Part shown: piece after piece, positions 1 to 10,008 of the stretch
How the letters are laid out: every line of letters begins with the position of its first letter
Position numbering within the stretch: the first letter of the stretch is position 1
Assembly (NCBI GenBank): GCA_965261835.1
Contig: OZ253478.1
Span: forward strand, 600,832 to 664,831
Source of the DNA: Dehalococcoidia bacterium
GTDB taxonomy: Bacteria; Chloroflexota; Dehalococcoidia; SHYD01
DNA length: 64,000 bases
Direction: 5' to 3'
Program-made: the position numbers and the translations under genes
Notes under the pieces: model-generated
Database searches by the model: none
Told to the model about the DNA's origin: nothing
Seen by the model: the letters and a program-made list of their open reading frames with translations, nothing else

Positions 1-455
1 CCGTGTAATTGGAGCACCCAATGTAGCGCACTTTACCCTGGCTCACCATATCGTCCAGCGCCCGCATCGTTTCCTCCGGAGGCGTCGTTGCATCGTAGCG
101 GTGGACTTGGTACAGGTCAACGTAATCGGTCTGCAGGCGGCGCAGGCTGTCCTCTAACATCGTCATCAGGTGGTGGCGGGATGCGCCGGAGAGGTTCGGC
201 CCCGCACCCATCGACACACCGCCCTTGGTACCGATGAGCAACTCCTTGCGCCGCCCGCCCGCAAGCGCCGAGCCAATCTGCTGCTCGGATGTGCCGAGAC
301 CGTAAGAATTGGCGGTATCGATGAAGTTGATGCCCAGGTCGATGGCTTTGTAGAGAATGGACGCGGTGCCAGCCTCATCCGTGTAGCGGCCAAAGGTGTT
401 ACACCCCAGGCCCACAATAGACACTTGGAGGCCGGAGCCGCCCAGCTGACGGTAT
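1..455 (-). CDS. aldo/keto reductase, N-terminal part (gene continues beyond window start)
   Basis: Minus-strand frame reads (TTG)EYRQLGGSGLQVSIVGLGCNTFG...GKVRYIGCSNY. It is about 80% identical to the AKR at 3303-4244. AGGAG sits 6 nt upstream of the TTG start. Not in the ORF track because there is no in-window stop. Confidence 0.6.
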
Positions 456-688
456 TCCAATACATGCTCCTTGTTCTGCCACCTAGCAGTGTTGCTTTGT
501 GAACAGACTTAGTGTTTCGCGAATCACCAGATGCTTCCCGCCGACGCGGGCAGGCGCATGCCAGCATGACGCACCATGATCTTACGTGGTCACCCTGAGC
601 CTAAGCGAAGGGCCCGGTAAGCCGCAACCGCAGCCGGGTAAACCAGCGGGTTTAACCTGCTACGCTACGTTTGCAGGGTTTACGCATC

Positions 689-2278
689 CTAGTTTACCCG
701 ACGGTCAGTGCCGGCCCAGAACTCTTCCCGCAACTCGAACTTCTTCAGCTTGCCGGTGGCCGTGCGCGGCAGTCCGTCCACAAACCGCACCATCCGCGGC
801 GCTTTGAAGTGCGCCATGTTGTCACGGCAGAAGCTCATGATGTCCCCTTCCTGGGCGGACAGGCCGTCCCGGAGGACCACCAGAGCCAGCACCGTCTCGC
901 CCCACTGCTCGGAGGGCACGCCAATGACGGCCGTCTCCAGCACCGCTGGGTGCTTGTAAATAACGTCTTCCACTTCGAGGGACGAGATGTTCTCGCCGCC
1001 GGAGATGATGACGTCCTTGGCCCGGTCCACAATGTTGATGTAGCCGTTGGCATTCACCGTTGCCAGGTCGCCGGTGTAGAACCAGCCGTCGCGGATTGCT
1101 CTGGCGGTTTCTTCTGGCTGCTCCCAGTAGCCCTCGAAGACCACGTTGGAGCGTGCGGCCACTTCACCTATGCTGGTGTCGTCCCAGGGCACTTCTACGG
1201 CATCAACCCCGAAGACCCGTACGTCCACGTCCACTGCGTCGTGGCCGGCCCGTGCCTTGAGCTTGTAGACATCCCCGCCGGTGACACCTAAGTGGGGTTT
1301 GATTTCGGCGACGGTGAGAATAGGTGAGGTCTCGGTAAGGCCGTAGATCTGCATGAACTCCCAGCCGAGCTCCCGCTCCAATCGTTCCACAAAGCGCTGC
1401 GGCGGCGGCGCACCCGCTATCGTAAAGCGCGGCGTGGTGGTGATGGTGTGCTTGGCCTTGTCTGGGTAGTCGAGAATAACCGCCAGCACCGCCGGCGCCA
1501 TGCAGGCGAACGTCACCTGCTCCTGCTCGATGAGCCGATAGATGTCCTCGCCCACCACCCGGCGCAATGCCACGTGCTTGGCCCCCATGGCCGTGAGGGC
1601 GAAGGGACCGCCCCAGCCGTTGGCATGAAACATGGGGAGCGTCCACAGCTCAACGTCGTGGTGGTTGATCCGCAGGTGCGCAATGAAGTTGTACGCGTTG
1701 ATATAGGCGTTGCGGTGGGTGATCATCACCCCCTTGGGCCGGGCCGTGGTGCCCGAGGTGTAGTTGATGCTGAGCAGGTCCCGCTCACTCAAACCCGGGT
1801 CCGCCGCCGGCGCGGTGGGTTGACCCGCAATCAGGTCTTCCCAGTCCGTCCAGTCTTGGGGGGTGCCTGCATCCCCGAAGCGCGCCACTACGTAGTGCTC
1901 TACCGTGGGAAGCTTATCGCGCAGGCCGTCGATGGTCTCGGTGAGGTCGCTGTCCACCAAAAAGACCTTGCTCCCGGAGTGGTTGATGATGTACTCGAAG
2001 TCCGAGGCGATGAGCCGGTAATTGATAGGCACAATGATCGCGCCAATGGAGGCGGTCCCGTAGAAGGCCTCTAGGAAGTGGTGGCTGTTCGGGCTGAGGA
2101 TGGCCACCCGGTCACCCTTGCCCACGCCCAGCGCCTGCAGCGCGTGCCCTAGTTGGTAAGCGCGGGCGCCGAATTCGGCATAGGTGTAGCGGTTATTGCC
2201 GTCCACTACCGCCTCTTTGGTACCATACAACTTCACCGCCCGGGCGAGGAAACCGTTTACAAGCAGCGGTACTTCCAT
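689..2278 (-). CDS. AMP-dependent acyl-CoA synthetase/ligase
   Basis: 529 aa with the AMP-binding motif YTSGTTARPKGVMITHRN and the C-terminal GLPRTATGKLKK motif. Confidence 0.85.
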   Translation of the reverse strand: MEVPLLVNGFLARAVKLYGTKEAVVDGNNRYTYAEFGARAYQLGHALQALGVGKGDRVAILSPNSHHFLEAFYGTASIGAIIVPINYRLIASDFEYIINHSGSKVFLVDSDLTETIDGLRDKLPTVEHYVVARFGDAGTPQDWTDWEDLIAGQPTAPAADPGLSERDLLSINYTSGTTARPKGVMITHRNAYINAYNFIAHLRINHHDVELWTLPMFHANGWGGPFALTAMGAKHVALRRVVGEDIYRLIEQEQVTFACMAPAVLAVILDYPDKAKHTITTTPRFTIAGAPPPQRFVERLERELGWEFMQIYGLTETSPILTVAEIKPHLGVTGGDVYKLKARAGHDAVDVDVRVFGVDAVEVPWDDTSIGEVAARSNVVFEGYWEQPEETARAIRDGWFYTGDLATVNANGYINIVDRAKDVIISGGENISSLEVEDVIYKHPAVLETAVIGVPSEQWGETVLALVVLRDGLSAQEGDIMSFCRDNMAHFKAPRMVRFVDGLPRTATGKLKKFELREEFWAGTDRRVN

Positions 2279-2340
2279 AGAACCCTCCTTACTTTATCTG
2301 GTTATGCACGGCATCAGCGCGCCGGGCGTCTTCTTATCCG

Positions 2341-3306
2341 CTACTGCGGGTTTGCTATGTTAGGAGCTGTCCCTGAATCCAGGTACTCGGAGATATTGCG
2401 GGAGCAGGACGTGGCAAAGGCCTTGTAGGCGCTGTCCGCCGGCCAGCCCACATGGGGCGTCATTACTACGTTGTCGAGCGCGGTGAGTGGGTGCCCAGCA
2501 GGCAGCGGCTCCTGCTCGAACACGTCCAGCGCCGCTCCGGCAATGCGCCGCGCCTGGAGCATCCGCACCAGCTCCGCTTCATCCGTGACCCGGGCGCGGG
2601 AGGTGTTGATAATAAAGGCCGACGGTTTCATCAGGTTGAGCTTGGACGCATCCACCAGGTTCCTGGTGCTGTCATTGAAGGTAAGATGGACCGACACCAC
2701 GTCCGACTGGCTCATTACCTCCTCGAAACTAGCCGCCTGCGCTCCCACCTGAGACGCTCGGTCTGGCGTCATGTTTAGGCTCCAGACCAATACGTTCATC
2801 CCGAAGGCCCCGCTGGCGATGGCCGCCACCTTGCTGCCGATGCGTCCCATGCCGATAAGCCCCAGGGTTTTGCCCTCCACCGATTGGCCTACGGGCAGCA
2901 CCACCCACTGCCCCGCTCGCACCGCACTGTCGCCGCGGGGGATGTGACGCAGCAGCGCGAACATCAGCCCGAAGGTCAACTCCACCGTGGATGCTGGTGA
3001 GCCGCCCGGGGCGTTCGAAACCACCACGCCGGCCTTGGTGGCCGCGTCCAGGTCTAAGTGCGGGCCCGGCCGGCCGGTCTGCACCAAGAGCTTCAGGGAG
3101 GGAGCGTCGGCGAAGAACGCCGCGTCGAAGCGAGTGCGCTCCCGCAGCGCGATGACGATCTCGACGCTCTCCAGTGCCGGCTTGCGCTGTGGCGGCAGCA
3201 GCGGCTCGGTGTAGACCTCAACCTCGGCCCGCTCCCGCAGCTTCACGATGGCCGGGTCGGCGTCGAACGCATTGTGCCAATCATCAAGGACCGCGACGCG
3301 GATCAT
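2341..3306 (-). CDS. D-isomer specific 2-hydroxyacid dehydrogenase family, NAD-binding
   Basis: Contains the GLIGMGRIGSKVA Rossmann motif. The start is trimmed to MIRVAVLDD. Its ATG overlaps the stop of the upstream AKR gene. Confidence 0.8.
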   Translation of the reverse strand: MIRVAVLDDWHNAFDADPAIVKLRERAEVEVYTEPLLPPQRKPALESVEIVIALRERTRFDAAFFADAPSLKLLVQTGRPGPHLDLDAATKAGVVVSNAPGGSPASTVELTFGLMFALLRHIPRGDSAVRAGQWVVLPVGQSVEGKTLGLIGMGRIGSKVAAIASGAFGMNVLVWSLNMTPDRASQVGAQAASFEEVMSQSDVVSVHLTFNDSTRNLVDASKLNLMKPSAFIINTSRARVTDEAELVRMLQARRIAGAALDVFEQEPLPAGHPLTALDNVVMTPHVGWPADSAYKAFATSCSRNISEYLDSGTAPNIANPQ

Positions 3307-4244
3307 AGCTTGGTGATCCCATCTACTGCGGCCACCTCGTCCGGAGTCAACCGCCAGGTCCCAGCCTGCACGTTCGCCTCCACCTGAGCCGGCCTCGTGG
3401 TCCCTGCGATGACGCAACTGACCATAGGCTTGGCCAGCAACCAGGCGACGGCTAACTCGCCCGTGCTGTGTCCACGCTGCGCCGCAAAGGCTTGGAGCTG
3501 CTCCAGAATGTCGTAGTTGCTGTCGGAGCTCCAGCGGGTGATCATGGCGGGGTTCATGGCGCCGCGGGTGCCCTCCGGTATGGGTTCGCCACGGTGGTAC
3601 TTACCGGTAAGAAAGCCGCCGGCCAGAGGGAAGTAAGGCAGGATACCCACTCCATACCGCATGCAGAAGGGAACCAGGTCTGCTTCTATGCGGCGGTCCA
3701 GCAAATTATACTGGGGCTGCTCCGACACGAAGGGGATCAGATGGTGGGTGCGTGCGGTCCAGTTGGACTCGCAGATCTGCCAGGCGGGGTAGTTGGAGCT
3801 GCCGAGATAGCGAACCTTGCCCTGCCGTACCATGTCATCCAGCGCCCGCATCGTCTCCTCAGTGGGCGTGTTGGCGTCCGGCATATGCACCTGATAGAGG
3901 TCAACGTAATCGGTCTGGAGGCGCCCAAGGCTGTCCTCCAGCATGGTCATCAGGTGGTGGCGCGACGCTGCTTTCATATTGGGGCCCTCACCCATGGGCC
4001 CCCCGCCTTTGGTGGCAATCAGCAGCTCATGCCGGCGGCCGCCAGCCAGAGCCGAGCCAATCATCCGCTCGGATGTGCCGAGGCCGTAGTTATTGGCGGT
4101 ATCGATGAAGTTGATGCCCAGGTCGATGGCTTTGTAGAGGATGGCCGCGGTGCCTGCCTCATCCACCGCGCGGCCAAAGGTGTTGCAGCCCAGGCCAACT
4201 GCAGAGATCTGCAGGCCGGAGCCACCGAGTTGTCGGTATTCCAC
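3303..4244 (-). CDS. aldo/keto reductase
   Basis: (GTG)EYRQLGGSGLQISAVGLGCNTFG...; full-length AKR fold. AAGGAGG lies upstream of a GTG start. Confidence 0.85.
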   Translation of the reverse strand: MEYRQLGGSGLQISAVGLGCNTFGRAVDEAGTAAILYKAIDLGINFIDTANNYGLGTSERMIGSALAGGRRHELLIATKGGGPMGEGPNMKAASRHHLMTMLEDSLGRLQTDYVDLYQVHMPDANTPTEETMRALDDMVRQGKVRYLGSSNYPAWQICESNWTARTHHLIPFVSEQPQYNLLDRRIEADLVPFCMRYGVGILPYFPLAGGFLTGKYHRGEPIPEGTRGAMNPAMITRWSSDSNYDILEQLQAFAAQRGHSTGELAVAWLLAKPMVSCVIAGTTRPAQVEANVQAGTWRLTPDEVAAVDGITKL

Positions 4245-4569
4245 TGACGTCGCCTCCTTGGGTTTAGGGGAAAGTTTGGGTTAGTGCGCCTAATTATACC
4301 GAGAGTGGAGGCGTGGTACCAACCCGTCCGGCCGCGTGACCGTTGCACCGGACGGCGTGGCCCCCGGCCGGTCCGCCCGTCGAATGGCAAACGGCGGGAG
4401 TGCAGAGGGGTGCCGCCCCTTTGCCGGGGGTTCCAGGGCGACACCCCCTGGAAACAACAGACCTAGGCGGGTGGGTGGTAAGCAATCACTCATTCGGGGA
4501 AGGAGCAAGTGCGGCAACCCGCCGCCGCGACCCTGCCCATCGGGCTGTGATTGTCGAACTATGAGCGAC

Positions 4570-5193
4570 TCACCTAAGGAGAATGGCCAGCAGGGTTCCC
4601 GCCACCATGAAGGGCGCGTAAGCTATATGACCGCGCACCCCACGGTTGCGGATGCTCATAAGCAGTGCGGCTATCCCCGCCATGCCGATAGTGAGCACTA
4701 GCGCCAGGACCACGTGTGGGAATCCGGCCAAGAAGCCAAGGCAAACAGCCAGCTTCACGTCTCCAGCCCCAATGCCCCGGCCGCGGGTAGCCAACGCGCT
4801 GATGAGAAAAAATCCGAACTCGATGGCGCCTCCAGACACAATACGCTCCAGCGGAAGCCCCCATAGCAACGCTGCTAGCGGCGACAGCAGTATGGCGGGA
4901 TAGACCACGCGGTTCAGCACCACTCGGTGCTTGAGGTCGATGGCGGCGATGACCAGGAAGAGGAGAACGTAGAGCGTGGCCAGCGGCGTTCGCAGCGACA
5001 CGCCAAACGCCCACGCAACCGCAGCGAACAGCGGCGGCGTGATCATCCACAGCAACCCAGCCTGTAGCCGTGCCACAGCCGGAGAGACCGCGGTCTCCCG
5101 CGCGCCCGGCAGCGCCACTATCAGCCGGTTGAGGAAAGGCGCCGCTAGCAGGCCAGCCACGGCCCAGAGGCCCGGCAGCACGAACTCAGGCAC
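4570..5193 (-). CDS. prepilin peptidase (A24 family) membrane protein
   Basis: Multi-TM protein with a GAGDVKL motif typical of type IV prepilin leader peptidases. Confidence 0.55.
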   Translation of the reverse strand: MPEFVLPGLWAVAGLLAAPFLNRLIVALPGARETAVSPAVARLQAGLLWMITPPLFAAVAWAFGVSLRTPLATLYVLLFLVIAAIDLKHRVVLNRVVYPAILLSPLAALLWGLPLERIVSGGAIEFGFFLISALATRGRGIGAGDVKLAVCLGFLAGFPHVVLALVLTIGMAGIAALLMSIRNRGVRGHIAYAPFMVAGTLLAILLR

Positions 5194-5641
5194 GCACGCG
5201 GTCGGAAGGCGGTGTAGTGGCGCGCCACAGCGCGGCCAGGCTTGCCACGAAAAGCACGGCCGCGATGATGGCCGAAGTAAGGCACCAGGCGCAGAAGGAG
5301 TGCAGCACCACCGCTTGCAGGACGGTAAGGTACCCGGAGAACAACAGGCCGCTTAACGTGAGTACAAACAAGATCGGCGCCCCCCACGGCAACCGGACCG
5401 CCCGATTGAGCGCGCTCGCCAAGCTCAATGCCGCACAGGTCAGGTAGTAGCCCAGCCCCAGATACGAGAGCGGGACGCCTAGCATTGCGCCATAGCGGCT
5501 GGACTGCACCGCCTCGCACCCACCGCCCCCGATGCACGCCACTACTCCACCAGTGGCGTGGGTGTACGAGAGATAAGCGGTCACCAGAATCCCCAAGAGA
5601 CTCACAATGAACGCCGCGGCGGGCAATGGTGTGAGACGCAT
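5186..5641 (-). CDS. vitamin K epoxide reductase (VKOR) family protein
   Basis: TM protein with a loop Cys pair (CIGGGGC) and a CAWC active-site motif. Its stop overlaps the prepilin peptidase start by 8 nt. Confidence 0.65.
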   Translation of the reverse strand: MRLTPLPAAAFIVSLLGILVTAYLSYTHATGGVVACIGGGGCEAVQSSRYGAMLGVPLSYLGLGYYLTCAALSLASALNRAVRLPWGAPILFVLTLSGLLFSGYLTVLQAVVLHSFCAWCLTSAIIAAVLFVASLAALWRATTPPSDRVRA

Positions 5642-5667
5642 AGGGAGCTGAGCAGCAAGCCCGAGGG

Positions 5668-6312
5668 CTATTCGTTTAACATCGCGTCGAGGACCTGCTG
5701 ATAGTCTTCGTAAGGGCGCAGTCCTCGGAGTAGCCTACCGTTGATGATGAATGACGGCGTGGAGTTGATGCCGTGCCCCTCGCCCTCCTGCAAGTCTGCA
5801 CGCACCTTTTGCAGCGTCTCGTCGGTATCTAGGCAGCGGTCAAAGCGCGCTTGGTCCAACCCCAACTCGCCTGCAAACTGCTTTAGGCGGCCGTCACCGA
5901 ATCCGCCCCGATTTTCTCCGGCCTGACTGGCGAAGAGCTTATCGTGAAAGGGCCAGAACTGCCCTTGCAAACCCGCACACTCCGTGGCTTGGGCCGCCCT
6001 TATCGATTCCGGGCCAATGAAGGCAAAGTGCCGGTACACAAAACGGACCTTCCCGGTGTTGACGTACTCCTCAATGAGGCGCGGTGCGATCTCGTTGGCG
6101 AAACGGCCGCAGACCGGGCATTGGAAGTCGCTGAACTCCTGCAGTTCCACCGGCGCGGTGTCCGACCCCAGCGCATTGCCCGACACCTTGGTGGCCCCCC
6201 CGGCGCCGACGCCGCCAGTGCCACCCGCCTGGCTGATCGCAATGAGCAACACCACGATAAACACTGCGACCGCGCCGCCGATTAGAAGCACTTTTGAACG
6301 AGACAGGGGCAT
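5668..6312 (-). CDS. DsbA-like thiol:disulfide oxidoreductase (thioredoxin fold), membrane-anchored
   Basis: N-terminal TM anchor and a CPVC active site (FSDFQCPVCGRF). Adjacent to VKOR, which is the classic DsbB-substitute pairing. Confidence 0.75.
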   Translation of the reverse strand: MPLSRSKVLLIGGAVAVFIVVLLIAISQAGGTGGVGAGGATKVSGNALGSDTAPVELQEFSDFQCPVCGRFANEIAPRLIEEYVNTGKVRFVYRHFAFIGPESIRAAQATECAGLQGQFWPFHDKLFASQAGENRGGFGDGRLKQFAGELGLDQARFDRCLDTDETLQKVRADLQEGEGHGINSTPSFIINGRLLRGLRPYEDYQQVLDAMLNE

Positions 6313-6334
6313 GTTGATCCTCGGTGAGAAGTCC

Positions 6335-6381
6335 GCATAAACTCAGCCCGCAGGCAAGCCGCCCACGGGCTGAGTTTATGC
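6335..6381. other. perfect 16-bp inverted repeat (hairpin) between Yip1 and dsbA-like genes
   Basis: gcataaactcagcccg-N15-cgggctgagtttatgc; no U-tract follows. Confidence 0.4.
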
Positions 6382-6395
6382 CGATTATATACGGT

Positions 6396-6953
6396 TTAGC
6401 CGGTTGCCATTGTAGCAAGCCCCAAGGGCGCTAAGAGCAGAAGCGTAACCAAGGCAAGGACCACCGAAAGAATAACCCAACTGATGACCGCGGTGATCAT
6501 AGCCTTGCCTGTGCTGAAGTCCATGGCCTGGCGGATAGCGACAATGCCGGCGACCAGCGACCAGATACTGCCTACAAGCATCAGCAGACCGCCCACGACC
6601 GGGACGAAGCCGAAGATCCGCAGCATGTTGGGCGTGTAAGCATAAGCGATGCACCGGCTCACCTCTCCAAAGTCCGCCGTCCCGCCGAACAGCTTGGTGC
6701 CTACCACTAACACCGCGTAGGACCAGATGTACCAACCGATGAAATACACAACGGCTGAGATGATAGCGCCAGCCACTGCGGTTATAAAATCTCCAGTGAA
6801 GAAACCGGCCAGCAGCGCGCCCACCGCGCCCGCAGCCGCCACAAGAATCACGACCAGCCTCGCCTGCTCATTCAGGCTGGGGTCATGTTCCACTTCTTCG
6901 TAGAGGTTGATGTCCAGCATGGCGGCCCGCCGCATACGCTCTATCATAATCAC
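6396..6953 (-). CDS. Yip1-domain membrane protein
   Basis: 5-TM protein with a hydrophilic N-terminus and Yip1-like architecture. Confidence 0.55.
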   Translation of the reverse strand: MIMIERMRRAAMLDINLYEEVEHDPSLNEQARLVVILVAAAGAVGALLAGFFTGDFITAVAGAIISAVVYFIGWYIWSYAVLVVGTKLFGGTADFGEVSRCIAYAYTPNMLRIFGFVPVVGGLLMLVGSIWSLVAGIVAIRQAMDFSTGKAMITAVISWVILSVVLALVTLLLLAPLGLATMATG

Positions 6954-7115
6954 GTCTCCTTGTGCGCCACTAACTAGCCATGGTGGGGCTATCCTCTTCC
7001 GCTTTTGGCTGTGATGACACCATACCGGCGCAAAGCATGACAGATTTTTGTATTTTAGTCTAATAATGGAGCGGCTGGGCTAACGTAGCTTAGCCCGTGC
7101 GCTAGCGGGGTAACG

Positions 7116-9941
7116 TCAGACCGTCAACTCGGCCAGACGGGCTTGCAGCCGCTCGGCACGTTCGCGGGCGCCGTCCAGCCTCTCCCGCTCCTTGGCCACC
7201 ACGTCCGCCGGCGCTTTTTGCACAAAGGACGCATTCGAGAGCTTGGCTTCAGCCCGGTCCAGCTCCGCCTGCTCCTGAGTAAGCTCCTTCATCAGCCGCT
7301 CGTGTTCGGCGCCCGTATCGATCATGCCCAGCAACGGCAGGTAGACTTCGCAGCTTCCCAGCACCAGCGGCACCGCTTTATCCGGCCGAGGCGCATTGTC
7401 CGGCAGCAGCTCCATGGATTCGAGGCGTGCCAGCACTTTGATGGCGTTCTGCTGGCGCTGCAGCGCCGCTGCACGTGCCGTGGCAGCAACGATCTGTGCC
7501 TGGATCAGGCGCGCCGGCGGCACGCTCCGCTCCGCTCGGGCGTTGCGGATTGCCCGCACCACCTCGATCGTAATCTCCATCTCCGCCTCTGCCGTGGCAT
7601 CGAAACGGGCGGTGTCCGCCTCTGGGTATGGGGCCACTATCAGCGCGCCCGGCGCCGCCTCTTCCCAGCGAATGGCGGTCTGCAGGCTGCCCCAGATCTC
7701 CTCCGTCACGTAGGGCATGTAGGGGTGCAGCAAGCGCAGGCTCTGCTCTAGCACGTGCACCAGCACCGGCAATGGTGACGCGTCGCCATTGCGCAGCCGT
7801 ATCTTGGCCGTCTCGATGTACCAGTCGCAATACTCGTTCCACAGGAAGTCGTGGAGCTGACGGCCGGCCTCGCCCAGCTGGAAGTTGCTCAACAGCTCGC
7901 CCTCAGCTTCGATAACCCGGTGCAAACGGCTCATGATCCAACGGTCTTCTGTGGGACGGTCTGCCCGGAGTGCGTCCGTCATCGGGAGCTGCTCGCCGTC
8001 CGGTAGATTGCTCAGCACAAAACGCGCGGCGTTCCAAAGCTTGTTGGCAAAGTTGCGGCTGGCTTCCAGGCGCTGGTTGCTGAGCTTCATGTCGTTCCCA
8101 GGTGTGCTGCCGGTGGCCAGCGTGAAGCGCAGCGCGTCGGTGCCGTAGCTCGCAATAGTGTCCGCCGGGCTGATGACGTTGCCCTTGGACTTGCTCATCT
8201 TCTCCCCTTGCTCATCACGAATCAGGCCGTGGAGGTACACCGTGCGGAAGGGTACCTCGTCCGTGTTCTCTACCCCCATCATGACCATGCGCGCCACCCA
8301 GAAGAACAGGATGTCATAGCCGGTCACCATCACGCTCGTGGGGTAGAAGGTGCGCAGGTCTGTCGTCTGCTCCGGCCACCCCAAAGTGGAGTGAGGCCAC
8401 AGTCCGGAGCTGAACCAGGTGTCCAGCACGTCTGGGTCCTGGACCAGGTCATGGCCGGCGCAGCGGGGGCAGGCTGTCGGCGGATCAGTGCTCACCATGG
8501 GCTGCGCACTCATGCCGATTGCCATGCGCCCCGGCTGGTTCACAATGGCTATTTGGCTGAGACCGGCTTTGCGCAGCGCGGCGTAGCTGCCGCTGGGGTT
8601 ACCTGCCAGCGGTTCGTCGAAATACAGCTGGACCGCCTCGCCGTCGCAGTCGCCACAGTACCAGGCGGGAATGCGGTGCCCCCACCAGAGCTGGCGGCTG
8701 ATGCACCAGTCCCGAATGTTCTCCATCCAGTTGTAGTACACCTTGTTGAAGCGCTCCGGCACGATGGTGATACGGCCGCTCTCCACGGCTTCGATGGCTT
8801 TGCCCGCCATCTCCTGGACGTTGAGAAACCACTGCTCGCTGACAATCGGCTCCACAATCGTCTTGCAGCGGTAGCAGTGGCCTACGCCGTGGACGTAGGA
8901 AGTGTCGATGCGCTCCACCTGGCCGGCGGCTTCCATGTCCCGAAGAATTGCCTGGCGGCATTGTTCACGAGTGAGGCCGGCGTACGGCCCCGCCTCCTGG
9001 TTCATCACTGCGTCCAGATGCATTGCGACCACTAGCGGCAGCCCATGGCGTTGCCCCACCTCGAAGTCCACCGGGTCATGGGCCGGCGTGATCTTGAGCG
9101 CTCCGGTGCCGAAACCCGCCTCCACCGCACCGTCTGCAATCACCGGAATGCGGCGACCCACGCCGGGCACGATTGCCATCCGGCCGATGTAGCTCTGGTA
9201 ACGGGCGTCCTCTGCGTTCACCGCAATAGCGGTATCACCTAGAATGGTCTCCGGCCGCGTGGTAGCCACGGGGATGAAATCGGGCTGGCCCGGCGCCGGC
9301 TCCAAGGGGTAGCGCACGTAGTAGAGCGCACCCTGGCCCTCCTCGTGGTCGACTTCCAGGTCGGACAGCGCGGTACCGCAGCGGGGACACCAGTTGATGA
9401 TGCGGTAGCCCCGGTAGATAAGCGCGCGATTGAAGTAGTCCACAAAGGTGCTGACCACGGCTCGGGTGGGGCCGGGGTCCATGGTGAACCGCTCCCGGCT
9501 CCAGTCACAGGAGGCCCCCAGCATCTTGTGCTGATCCATGATGATGTGGCGGTACTTGTCCATCCAGTCCCACATCCGCTCCAGAAAACCCTCACGGCCC
9601 AACTGTTGCCGGGTCTTACCCTCCTTGGCCAGCTCCTGCTCCATCACCCACTGCGCCGCAATGCTCGCGTGGTCTTCTCCGGGCAGCCACAGCGTGGGCT
9701 CGCCCCGCATGCGGTGCCACCGCACCAGGATGTCCGAAAGCGTTGCTACCAGCGCGTGGCCCAGGTGTAGCTCCCCGGTCACGTTGGGCGGCGGCATGAT
9801 GATGCAGAAGGGATCGCCCCCGGCCGCCGTGTTGGGCTGAAAGTAGCCCAACGCCTCCCAATAGTCGTAGAGACGCTTCTCCACGTCCTGGGGATTATAG
9901 GTTTTGTCCATTTCTCGACGAGATGGTGTGCTCAAGGCCAT
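7116..9941 (-). CDS. valS: valine--tRNA ligase
   Basis: 941 aa with class I HIGH (PPPNVTGELHLGHA) and KMSKS motifs and a C-terminal coiled coil. The true start may be Met11 (MDKTYNPQDVEKRLY) at 9911. Confidence 0.95.
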   Translation of the reverse strand: MALSTPSRREMDKTYNPQDVEKRLYDYWEALGYFQPNTAAGGDPFCIIMPPPNVTGELHLGHALVATLSDILVRWHRMRGEPTLWLPGEDHASIAAQWVMEQELAKEGKTRQQLGREGFLERMWDWMDKYRHIIMDQHKMLGASCDWSRERFTMDPGPTRAVVSTFVDYFNRALIYRGYRIINWCPRCGTALSDLEVDHEEGQGALYYVRYPLEPAPGQPDFIPVATTRPETILGDTAIAVNAEDARYQSYIGRMAIVPGVGRRIPVIADGAVEAGFGTGALKITPAHDPVDFEVGQRHGLPLVVAMHLDAVMNQEAGPYAGLTREQCRQAILRDMEAAGQVERIDTSYVHGVGHCYRCKTIVEPIVSEQWFLNVQEMAGKAIEAVESGRITIVPERFNKVYYNWMENIRDWCISRQLWWGHRIPAWYCGDCDGEAVQLYFDEPLAGNPSGSYAALRKAGLSQIAIVNQPGRMAIGMSAQPMVSTDPPTACPRCAGHDLVQDPDVLDTWFSSGLWPHSTLGWPEQTTDLRTFYPTSVMVTGYDILFFWVARMVMMGVENTDEVPFRTVYLHGLIRDEQGEKMSKSKGNVISPADTIASYGTDALRFTLATGSTPGNDMKLSNQRLEASRNFANKLWNAARFVLSNLPDGEQLPMTDALRADRPTEDRWIMSRLHRVIEAEGELLSNFQLGEAGRQLHDFLWNEYCDWYIETAKIRLRNGDASPLPVLVHVLEQSLRLLHPYMPYVTEEIWGSLQTAIRWEEAAPGALIVAPYPEADTARFDATAEAEMEITIEVVRAIRNARAERSVPPARLIQAQIVAATARAAALQRQQNAIKVLARLESMELLPDNAPRPDKAVPLVLGSCEVYLPLLGMIDTGAEHERLMKELTQEQAELDRAEAKLSNASFVQKAPADVVAKERERLDGARERAERLQARLAELTV

Positions 9942-9976
9942 CGCATTGCCTCGCGAAATTCGCTAGAGTGCGGGTA

Positions 9977-10008
9977 ATAAAAAAGAGGTTAAGGACGTCC
10001 CCTCAACC
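9977..10008 (-). terminator. rho-independent terminator between gerW-like gene and valS
   Basis: Minus-strand RNA forms gguugagg-ggacgu-ccuuaacc followed by ucuuuuuuauu. Confidence 0.55.

Noticed and set aside
671-1291. Long plus-strand ORFs antisense to the acyl-CoA ligase. Similar cases: 3468-4247, 7143-7751, 8208-9035, 11928-13187, 25513-26280, 31600-32988, 42799-43194.
   Set aside because: These are mirror-frame open reading frames typical of high-GC DNA. They have low-complexity Arg/Ala/Gly-rich translations, no RBS, and each is fully covered by a well-supported gene on the other strand.
4300-4569. RNase P RNA, SRP RNA or a known riboswitch in the GC-rich spacer.
   Set aside because: No recognizable conserved motifs by eye (no GNRA/P4 consensus and no SRP domain IV motif). 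Left as an unclassified structured region pending a covariance-model scan.
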